Shown: positions 34,601 to 41,193 of the stretch, one piece after another | Position numbering within the stretch: position 1 is the stretch's first letter | Layout: every line of letters starts with the position of its first letter | Sequence record: MK373773.1 | Strand: one strand, 5' to 3' | DNA length: 44,241 nucleotides | Source: Escherichia phage vB_EcoP_KAW1A4500 | Notes under the pieces: generated by a model | What the model was told of the DNA's origin: nothing | What the model saw: the letters and a program-made list of their open reading frames with translations, nothing else | Databases searched by the model: none | Made by a program: the position numbers and the translations under genes

Positions 34601-35001
34601 CAAAAGCCTATGTGAACTCTATTGGGCGAGAAGACCAAGATGAATATTTGGAAGAGAAGTTATCGCCTAAAGGGTTGGCCTTTGGTGCAATGGGTATGAT
34701 GAGTACAACTGCTGTATTTAGTCTAGGTGGAGATTTCTTAGGTGGCCTAGGTGTTCTGCCTTCTGAGTTAGTACAATCCCGTTATGAGGCTGGCTTTCAG
34801 ACTAAGGGTTTGATAGACCAAATACCACTAGTAGGTGTTGGTCAAGATGCATATCGTTTAGCAGATTCTATAACTAAATATGCAGAGGGTGATACAGAAG
34901 GTGTAGATGTGGCACGTAGGGCTTTACGCTTAGTGCCTCTAACTAATGTAATAGGAATCCAGAACGCATTGCGTTATGGCTTAGATGAACTGGAGGATTG
35001 A
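31693..35001 (+). CDS. Large internal virion (ejection) protein, gp16-like (1102 aa)
   Basis: Largest ORF; GGAGG RBS; position equivalent to T7 gene 16. Confidence 0.75.
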   Translation: MEQDIKTNWAGYVQSTPEPFSIEAAPVSAPTIRQRNELQEQVLEAKADADILGAVGAAFQNEWLAFGGKRWYDRATADFTPQPDFEIQPEQREALRFKYGTDMMQTITEGVRSEDELNFRIQNADEDLERNKRIAQAGWVGSVATIGAAVLDPVGWVASIPTGGAAKVGLVGRAVRGAIAAGVSNAAIESVLVQGDMTRDLDDIMVALGSGMAMGGVIGAVARGRATKLSEQGDDRAASIVRSADAGDRYVRAVADDSIGAMRVKGEEVLTEGAFDVSSKGEDLLKTLQREGNAIDMTPRRWAGTLSALGTVVHSSQDASVRGLGARLFESPQGLGMQKASASLMQNTNLNRLKSADMNRFNDGFDLWLKENNINPVAGHTNSHYVQQYNEKVWEAVRIGMDESTPKSIRMAAEGQQAMYREALALRQRSGEAGFEKVKADDKYMPDIFDSMKARRQFSMHDKEDIIELFSRAYQNGSRKVPKEVADDIARAQVNRVADATLTGQLSFEKAMSGQTKAEYEALMRKAGFSDEEIEKMVEALDNKETRDNISNRAKMSLGLDVTQEYNGIRMRDFMNTNVEELTDNYMKEAAGGAALARQGFSTYQAALNAIDLVERNARNAAKDTKAHAQFEAESAKIRQSEPDYKKAQEKIEELKKRLKLKEKDEAAGLAIDEEIRQMREGLRLIMGKSIDSNPQDLSTKMLRRGRDITGVLRLGQMGFAQLGELANFMGEFGIAATTMALGKQFRFTSKALRNGDGFFRDKNLAEVERMVGYIGEDNWLTTKGARPDEFGDVTTVRGMMAHFDQSMNSIRRAQTNLSLFRMAQGSLERMTNRQIALSFIDHLEGKKIIPQKKLEELGLTQEFMTNLQKHYDANSKGSGLLGFDTMPYAMGETLANAIRRKSGLIIQRNFIGDEGIWMNKALGKTFAQLKSFSLVSGEKQFGRGIRHDKIGLAKKTAYGFALGSIVYAAKAYVNSIGREDQDEYLEEKLSPKGLAFGAMGMMSTTAVFSLGGDFLGGLGVLPSELVQSRYEAGFQTKGLIDQIPLVGVGQDAYRLADSITKYAEGDTEGVDVARRALRLVPLTNVIGIQNALRYGLDELED

Positions 35002-35963
35002 TGAGTTATACTTTCACAGAACATGTAGCCAATGGTACGCAAGTAACCTATCCCTTTAGATTTGCTGGCAGGGATAAAGGCTATCTTCGTGCCTCAGATG
35101 TGATAGTGGAATCTCTTCAAGGTAACACTTGGATTGAGGTTACATCTGGCTGGCAATTAACTGGTACGCATCAAATCACTTTTGATGTAGCACCTGTTGC
35201 AGGTTTGAAGTTCCGTATTCGAAGGGAAGTACAAAAGGAATATCCATACGCTGAGTTTGACCGTGGTGTTACCTTGGATATGAAGTCTTTAAATGGCTCT
35301 TTCATTCATATACTGGAGATTACACAGGAGTTACTTGATGGGTTTTATCCAGAAGGATACTTCATTAAGCAGAATGTAAGCTGGGGCGGCAATAAGATTA
35401 CTGACCTAGCTGATGGTGAGAATCCAAAAGATGCAGTAAATAAATCACAGCTAGATGCTATCGACAAGAAGCATACTGATTGGAACTCTGCACAAGATAT
35501 AGAGATTGCTGGTATTAAGAGAGGAATGGTGTCTGGTGTATCTCATCGCACTATTCCTTGGTATATGGTCGCCTCCGGTGGAGAGCAAATCATTCGACCA
35601 CCTTACTCATTTGATGATGCTATGGTGTTTATAAACGGTGTATTCCAGCATGAACTAGCAGGTGCAGTATCAGTGGGGTATAATGTTATAACCCTGTCCG
35701 AGCCATTACAGGCTGGGGATGAAGTTTATGTGCTTATCGGTAGTCGCTTAACCCCACCTACAAGTGCGGATACTATCCTCTTTACACAAGCAGTGAGTGA
35801 AGGTACACAATCTATCGACATTGTAACGGCTTTCCAACGTCTTGATGTATACTTGGATGGCCTGTATCAACCTAATAATGCTTATGAAATCGTAGGGTCT
35901 ACTATCACTTTCAGTGAGCCATTACCTGAGTGTGTCGTAAGTATGAAGCTACAACTAGTGTAA
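35001..35963 (+). CDS. Tail-fibre-type adaptor protein (T7 gp17 N-terminal domain homolog)
   Basis: ORF track 34998..35963 with ATG at 35001; shares the general N-terminal pattern of the T7 gp17 tail-attachment domain; length fits an adaptor rather than a full fibre. Confidence 0.75.
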   Translation: MSYTFTEHVANGTQVTYPFRFAGRDKGYLRASDVIVESLQGNTWIEVTSGWQLTGTHQITFDVAPVAGLKFRIRREVQKEYPYAEFDRGVTLDMKSLNGSFIHILEITQELLDGFYPEGYFIKQNVSWGGNKITDLADGENPKDAVNKSQLDAIDKKHTDWNSAQDIEIAGIKRGMVSGVSHRTIPWYMVASGGEQIIRPPYSFDDAMVFINGVFQHELAGAVSVGYNVITLSEPLQAGDEVYVLIGSRLTPPTSADTILFTQAVSEGTQSIDIVTAFQRLDVYLDGLYQPNNAYEIVGSTITFSEPLPECVVSMKLQLV

Positions 35964-35972
35964 GGAGGTGAG

Positions 35973-36167
35973 ATGATTAACTCCGAACTGGTAGATAGTG
36001 GTGTGAAGCTTGCGCCACCTGCATTAGTCTCAGGTGGGTACTTCCTCGGTATCAGTTGGGATAATTGGGTGTTAATAGCAACATTCATTTATACCGTGTT
36101 GCAAATTGGAGACTGGTTTTATACCAAGATTAAACTATGGAGGAAGAATCGTGAGCGTCCACAATAA
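35973..36167 (+). CDS. Class II holin (T7 gp17.5-like)
   Basis: 64 aa; ...VLIATFIYTVLQIGDWFYTKIKLWRKNRE resembles the T7 holin C-terminal region; AAGGAGG RBS. Confidence 0.72.
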   Translation: MINSELVDSGVKLAPPALVSGGYFLGISWDNWVLIATFIYTVLQIGDWFYTKIKLWRKNRERPQ

Positions 36168-36450
36168 ACATGCAGCTACAGAAGATGAGGTTGGCATCCT
36201 GCATGGTGCTATTACCAAAATCTTTAATAAGAAAGCACAGGCAATACTGGACACTATAGAAGAAGACCCAGATGCAGCACTGCATTTAGTCTCTGGTAAA
36301 GACATTGGAGCTATGTGTAAGTGGGTTCTTGATAATGGTATTACCGCTACACCTGCTGCACAGCAGGAGGAGTCCAAGCTATCTAAGCGCCTCAAGGCTA
36401 TCCGAGAGGCATCAAGTGGCAAGATTATTCAATTCACTAAGGAGGATTGA
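36151..36450 (+). CDS. Terminase small subunit (by position)
   Basis: ORF track 36106..36450; GTG at 36151 follows GGAGGAAG; located between holin and large terminase as T7 gene 18. Confidence 0.55.
   Translation: MSVHNKHAATEDEVGILHGAITKIFNKKAQAILDTIEEDPDAALHLVSGKDIGAMCKWVLDNGITATPAAQQEESKLSKRLKAIREASSGKIIQFTKED
36243..36265 (+). promoter_or_regulatory. Internal phage-promoter-like site inside small terminase gene (AATACTGGACACTATAGAAGAAG)
   Basis: 15-nt core GGACACTATAGAAGA is exact, with 2 upstream mismatches; could feed the large terminase gene. Confidence 0.3.
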
Positions 36451-38348
36451 TGGCTAAGGCAAGAGAATCACAAGCGGAGGCTCTTGCCAGATGGGAGATG
36501 CTACAGGAGTTACAGCAGACCTTTCCTTACACAGCGGAAGGTTTGCTTCTCTTTGCAGATACAGTTATTCATAACTTAATTGCAGGCAACCCTCATCTGA
36601 TTCGTATGCAGGCGGATATCTTGAAGTTCCTATTTTACGGACACAAGTACCGCCTCATCGAAGCGCCTCGTGGTATCGCTAAGACAACACTATCAGCAAT
36701 CTATACGGTATTCCGTATTATTCATGAACCACATAAGCGTATCATGGTTGTGTCCCAAAACGCCAAGCGAGCAGAGGAAATCGCAGGTTGGGTAGTTAAA
36801 ATCTTCCGTGGCTTAGACTTTCTTGAGTTTATGCTGCCGGATATCTACGCTGGGGACCGTGCATCCGTTAAGGCGTTTGAGATTCATTACACCCTACGTG
36901 GTAGTGATAAGTCTCCTTCTGTATCCTGTTACTCAATCGAAGCAGGTATGCAGGGTGCTCGTGCTGATATTATTCTAGCGGATGACGTAGAGTCGATGCA
37001 GAATGCTCGTACGGCAGCGGGCCGTGCCTTGCTTGAGGAACTGACTAAGGAGTTTGAATCTATCAACCAGTTTGGGGATATCATTTACCTTGGTACACCT
37101 CAGAACGTAAACTCTATCTACAACAACCTACCTGCTCGTGGTTACTCTGTTCGTATCTGGACTGCGCGTTACCCTTCAGTAGAGCAAGAGCAATGTTATG
37201 GCGACTTCCTTGCACCTATGATTGTTCAAGATATGAAGGACAACCCAGCACTTCGCTCAGGATACGGGTTGGATGGTAATAGTGGTGCACCTTGTGCCCC
37301 TGAAATGTATGATGATGAAGTCCTGATTGAGAAGGAAATCTCTCAGGGTGCTGCTAAGTTCCAGCTTCAGTTCATGCTTAACACTCGCATGATGGATGCT
37401 GACAGATACCCATTACGCCTGAACAATCTAATCTTCACCTCGTTTGGTACAGAGGAAGTCCCTGTGATGCCTACGTGGAGTAATGATTCCATAAACATCA
37501 TTGGTGATGCACCTAAGTATGGTAACAAGCCTACGGATTTCATGTACAGACCTGTAGCTCGCTCATACGAATGGGGTGCTGTCTCCCGCAAGATTATGTA
37601 TATTGACCCTGCGGGTGGTGGTAAGAACGGAGATGAGACGGGTGTAGCCATCGTATTCCTGCACGGCACATTCATTTATGTGTATCAGTGCTTTGGTGTA
37701 CCTGGCGGATACCGAGAGTCGTCCCTGAATCGCATTGTGCAGGCCGCAAAGCAGGCGGGTGTTAAAGAGGTATTCATTGAGAAGAACTTTGGTCATGGCG
37801 CGTTTGAGGCGGTAATTAAGCCGTACTTTGAACGAGAGTGGCCTGTAACTCTGGAAGAGGATTACGCCACCGGACAGAAAGAGTTGCGTATCATTGAGAC
37901 GCTGGAGCCGCTCATGGCAGCCCATAGGCTTATCTTCAATGCAGAGATGGTGAAGTCAGACTTTGAGTCGGTACAGCACTATCCGCTTGAACTACGCATG
38001 TCCTACAGTCTTTTCAATCAAATGTCGAACATAACGATTGAGAAGAACAGCCTCCGGCACGATGACCGCCTAGACGCCCTGTATGGCGCTATACGGCAAT
38101 TAACTTCTCAGATAGACTATGACGAGGTTACACGGATTAATCGCCTCAGAGCGCAGGAGATGCGCGATTACATCCATGCTATGAATACACCTCATCTACG
38201 CAGGGCAATGCTATATGGAGATTACGGTACTGAGCGAAGAGTGACCAACACTTCCGTAGCGATGCAGCAGCGAGTTTACGGGCAGAACTACCGAAATAAA
38301 TCGGCAAGCAGAAATACACTTTCTGCAAGGATTTCAAGGACCTATTAA
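36447..38348 (+). CDS. Terminase large subunit (633 aa)
   Basis: Large ORF after the small terminase with overlapping start; size and position as T7 gene 19. Confidence 0.82.
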   Translation: MMAKARESQAEALARWEMLQELQQTFPYTAEGLLLFADTVIHNLIAGNPHLIRMQADILKFLFYGHKYRLIEAPRGIAKTTLSAIYTVFRIIHEPHKRIMVVSQNAKRAEEIAGWVVKIFRGLDFLEFMLPDIYAGDRASVKAFEIHYTLRGSDKSPSVSCYSIEAGMQGARADIILADDVESMQNARTAAGRALLEELTKEFESINQFGDIIYLGTPQNVNSIYNNLPARGYSVRIWTARYPSVEQEQCYGDFLAPMIVQDMKDNPALRSGYGLDGNSGAPCAPEMYDDEVLIEKEISQGAAKFQLQFMLNTRMMDADRYPLRLNNLIFTSFGTEEVPVMPTWSNDSINIIGDAPKYGNKPTDFMYRPVARSYEWGAVSRKIMYIDPAGGGKNGDETGVAIVFLHGTFIYVYQCFGVPGGYRESSLNRIVQAAKQAGVKEVFIEKNFGHGAFEAVIKPYFEREWPVTLEEDYATGQKELRIIETLEPLMAAHRLIFNAEMVKSDFESVQHYPLELRMSYSLFNQMSNITIEKNSLRHDDRLDALYGAIRQLTSQIDYDEVTRINRLRAQEMRDYIHAMNTPHLRRAMLYGDYGTERRVTNTSVAMQQRVYGQNYRNKSASRNTLSARISRTY

Positions 38349-38369
38349 TTACTGGACACTATAGAAGGA
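38347..38369 (+). promoter_or_regulatory. Phage RNAP promoter P9 (AATTACTGGACACTATAGAAGGA)
   Basis: Consensus 23-mer overlapping the terminase stop; positional analogue of T7 phiOR. Confidence 0.75.
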
Positions 38370-38460
38370 AGGCCAGATAATAAGAGAAATAATAGGTAAT
38401 ATAGGTTAACCTAGGTTATATAGGTATGCCTTAGTATGGGTGTACTCCTGTACACCCTAT
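38370..38460. other. AT-rich TAGG-repeat element plus 8-bp-stem hairpin downstream of P9
   Basis: AATAATAGGTAATATAGGTTAACCTAGGTTATATAGGTAT resembles 6700..6745 and 13258..13300; hairpin GGGTGTAC-TCCT-GTACACCC at 38438..38457. Confidence 0.4.
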
Positions 38461-38503
38461 TCCTTACTACCTTACTATATTTACATAATAGGAGAGAGAG
38501 ACA

Positions 38504-38779
38504 ATGGCTAATGATTATAGTAGTCAACCATTAACAGGTAAGTCTAAGAGAAAGCAGGTACAACCTGTAAGTGAAGAACTAATGCTTCCGGTAATCCCAA
38601 AAGAGGCAGCTAGTAAGAAAAGCAATGTTATTAATGATGCCACCAAATCAGGTAAACAGAAAGGGGCCATGGTATGCCTTGAAGTGGACGGTGCATTGAA
38701 GATTGCTATCGCTGTTGATGGCAAAGAAGATTCAGAGTGGAAGTTAGTGACAGGGGAACCCACTGTTACCCCAGTTTAA
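38504..38779 (+). CDS. Paralog family member 1 (91 aa), hypothetical late protein
   Basis: ORF track; shares SGKQxGAMV...IAIAVDGKE...W core with the next two ORFs. Confidence 0.6.
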   Translation: MANDYSSQPLTGKSKRKQVQPVSEELMLPVIPKEAASKKSNVINDATKSGKQKGAMVCLEVDGALKIAIAVDGKEDSEWKLVTGEPTVTPV

Positions 38780-38797
38780 GAGAAGGAGGAAGATTAC

Positions 38798-39085
38798 ATG
38801 GCTAAATATGGTACTACAGGTTCTGTTACGGGTCAGGCTTTTCGAGTGAAAGCAGTACAAACTATTGCAACGGCAATTCCTATGCCTGTTGTTGCTGAAG
38901 AAGACCTTAAGAAGAAAGATCATCCTATCAACATCAAATATTTATCAGGTAAACAGAGAGGTGCAATGGTTGTTATTTCGAGAGCGGACACAACCGTGCA
39001 TATTGCTGTTGCACGTGGTAGTGAGCCCACCGACGCTTGGGATGTAACTGCTATGGATATCACTGCTGTTACACCAGGGGAGTGA
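38798..39085 (+). CDS. Paralog family member 2 (95 aa), hypothetical late protein
   Basis: ORF track; motif KYLSGKQRGAMVVISRADTTVHIAVARGSEPTDAW; AAGGAGGA RBS. Confidence 0.6.
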   Translation: MAKYGTTGSVTGQAFRVKAVQTIATAIPMPVVAEEDLKKKDHPINIKYLSGKQRGAMVVISRADTTVHIAVARGSEPTDAWDVTAMDITAVTPGE

Positions 39086-39092
39086 TATTATC

Positions 39093-39770
39093 GTGTTAGG
39101 TATTACAGGACAACGAAGTGTAAGTCATCAAGCTAAGGTTGCCACGGAAGTGGCTCCTATCGTTGATATCTCAGATGTGTCTGACGCTAACTCTTATCTA
39201 AACCAAAAGTACCTATCAGGTAAACAGGAAGGATATACTGTTCTGACTAAGAAAGGTTCACGTTATTCATTGTATGCTGCAACAGGTTCTAAGCCAGAAG
39301 ATAAGTGGTTGCCTTTAGAGCAAGCAACCCTACCTGATTCGAGTGCATTAGGGCTAATTGACACCATCGATGTTGAAGTTGCAAGTGCAAGCGACACAGT
39401 AGAGGTTAATGTAACCAAAGAGAGGACTGTGTGCATCCAGACGCCTATGAAGGACTTAGCAGGTGATACAGTTTACCGGCAAGAATTGACTGCCAACATT
39501 AACCTTACCATTAATGAAAACGGAAGCCCAAGCGATACGGTTAAATTAAACATATCAATTCCTAATTTGCCAGGAACATCTAGTGGGTCTTACTATACAG
39601 TTGACAATGTGCTGTGTACTTCTTTTGGAGACGACAGTCCTGTTATTGCCAATATAGATGTCGATAAGGCTACCACTAACTTGATTGCTGTTACACTTCG
39701 TAAAGAGACGGCAACAGATATTAGGCTGTCTCTTGTAATTAGGTGGTCAATGCCAGTGGGGGTTGTATAA
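39093..39770 (+). CDS. Paralog family member 3 (225 aa) with C-terminal extension
   Basis: ORF track; motif KYLSGKQEGYTVLTKKGSRYSLYAATGSKPEDKW followed by a Ser/Thr/Asn-rich extension. Confidence 0.6.
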   Translation: MLGITGQRSVSHQAKVATEVAPIVDISDVSDANSYLNQKYLSGKQEGYTVLTKKGSRYSLYAATGSKPEDKWLPLEQATLPDSSALGLIDTIDVEVASASDTVEVNVTKERTVCIQTPMKDLAGDTVYRQELTANINLTINENGSPSDTVKLNISIPNLPGTSSGSYYTVDNVLCTSFGDDSPVIANIDVDKATTNLIAVTLRKETATDIRLSLVIRWSMPVGVV

Positions 39771-40114
39771 TGCTTAACAAATACTTCAAGCGTAAAGAGT
39801 TTGCTTGCCGTTGTGGGTGCGGTACATCCACTGTTGATGCTGAGTTACTACAGGTAGTAACAGATGTGCGTGAGCACTTTGGTACTCCTGTTGTTATCAC
39901 TTCTGGTCATCGCTGCGCCAAGCACAATGCTAATGTAGGTGGAGCTAAGAACTCTATGCATCTTACTGGTAAGGCTGCTGACATTAAGGTACGAGGCATC
40001 TTACCTTCTGATGTACATAAGTACCTTACTGATAAGTACCAAGGCAAGTATGGTATTGGTAAATATACCTCCTTTACTCATATTGATGTACGTGACGGGT
40101 GTTCACGATGGTAG
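39770..40114 (+). CDS. Endolysin, peptidase M15-like (114 aa)
   Basis: ORF track 39743..40114 with ATG at 39770; zinc-peptidase pattern SGHRCAKHNANVGGAKNSMHLTGKAADI...HIDVR. Confidence 0.75.
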   Translation: MLNKYFKRKEFACRCGCGTSTVDAELLQVVTDVREHFGTPVVITSGHRCAKHNANVGGAKNSMHLTGKAADIKVRGILPSDVHKYLTDKYQGKYGIGKYTSFTHIDVRDGCSRW

Positions 40115-40222
40115 GTTGTGTTGCATGGTGTGAACGCATGGTTGCTAAGGCTTCAGAGGAAGGCAACTATGAAGATTGGCAGAACTACTCAACTTTATTA
40201 GCTCAATGGAAAGGGAGATGCA

Positions 40223-40372
40223 ATGAAAAAGCTGTTTAAGTCTAAGAAAGTGGTAGGTGCACTGGTTGCACTGGTGATTGCTCTTGTTTCTGTAGGTCTT
40301 GGCGTAGACCTAGGTGAAGGTACGGAAGGCTCAGTCACTGACGTGGTATGCCAAGTAATCACCTGTGAATAA
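40223..40372 (+). CDS. Small membrane protein (49 aa), lysis-cassette associated
   Basis: ATG at 40223 after GGGAG; single hydrophobic segment VVGALVALVIALVSVGLGV; below ORF-track cutoff. Confidence 0.35.
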   Translation: MKKLFKSKKVVGALVALVIALVSVGLGVDLGEGTEGSVTDVVCQVITCE

Positions 40373-40586
40373 GGTGCTTGAGGTGGTGGCAGGTCTTATT
40401 GGCCTGCTGCTTGCCGCTAAGAAGAAGAAGGAAGAGAAGGAGGTACAAAGTGAGGCGAATCATGCTAGCGACAATCCTGCTGATTGGTTCGCTGATCACT
40501 TCAGGGTGTCAGACGGCGTTACCAGAGAATCCAAAGGTGAAACCTCTGAAGCCGACGCTTACGGCAGTCTACGAGGTGGACGATAG
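40365..40586 (+). CDS. Putative i-spanin (Rz-like) with N-terminal transmembrane segment (73 aa)
   Basis: ORF track; N-terminal hydrophobic VLEVVAGLIGLLLAA then charged region; overlapped by a lipoprotein ORF in another frame; shorter than typical i-spanins. Confidence 0.35.
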   Translation: MNKVLEVVAGLIGLLLAAKKKKEEKEVQSEANHASDNPADWFADHFRVSDGVTRESKGETSEADAYGSLRGGR

Positions 40587-40659
40587 AGTCTGCTTCAGTA
40601 AACCTGACGCTACAAAATTGGGTCTGTACATTCTCTCGCTAGAACGCGGATATAATTAA
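40462..40659 (+). CDS. Putative o-spanin (Rz1-like) lipoprotein (65 aa)
   Basis: Internal ATG of ORF 40378..40659; signal peptide plus lipobox MLATILLIGSLITSGC; Pro-rich mature region. Confidence 0.5.
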   Translation: MLATILLIGSLITSGCQTALPENPKVKPLKPTLTAVYEVDDRVCFSKPDATKLGLYILSLERGYN

Positions 40660-40688
40660 TACATAGTTTTATGTATCAGTGTCTTACG

Positions 40689-40711
40689 ATTTACTGGACA
40701 CTATAGAAGAG
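40689..40711 (+). promoter_or_regulatory. Phage RNAP promoter P10 for tailspike genes (ATTTACTGGACACTATAGAAGAG)
   Basis: Exact consensus 23-mer upstream of the tailspike remnant and endosialidase. Confidence 0.85.
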
Positions 40712-40790
40712 ATGAGATAGTGCCGTTCTTTTGAGCGGCCTATTACTAGCCAATCTTCATAGGGAGGGTTGGGAAGTAATAGGAGAGTAT

Positions 40791-41126
40791 ATGGCTAAGT
40801 TAACTAAACCCAAGACAACGGGCTTACTACATAGAGATACTGTACTAGCTAACTTATTAGATAATTTACTATCTAAAAGGCGTGTTACATTTGAAGGTGT
40901 AGCCCCAAGTGAAGATACTAAAATTGAGATAGAAGTACCTGTAACAGGAGACTTAGATTCTTCGTGGGCATCAATTGTATCATTAAGTACACCTGCACTT
41001 TGTACAGCTTGGATCACTAAACTGTCAGATACTACTTTAGAGATTCATGTCTTTCATACAGCACAAGTAGAAATAGACATAGAGGTAGATGTTTACGTTC
41101 TAGGTAAGCACACTGTCAGTGCGTAA
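40791..41126 (+). CDS. Truncated tailspike N-terminal (adaptor-binding) remnant, 111 aa
   Basis: ORF track 40731..41126 with ATG at 40791 after AGGAG; a roughly 111-aa ORF before the endosialidase is described for phage K1E (recalled literature). Confidence 0.6.
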   Translation: MAKLTKPKTTGLLHRDTVLANLLDNLLSKRRVTFEGVAPSEDTKIEIEVPVTGDLDSSWASIVSLSTPALCTAWITKLSDTTLEIHVFHTAQVEIDIEVDVYVLGKHTVSA

Positions 41127-41193
41127 GCACTGCTTTTCGCGCAACTTTTCTTAAAGGTTATCATGATGGTAGCCTTTCAGAAAAGGAGGTTAC

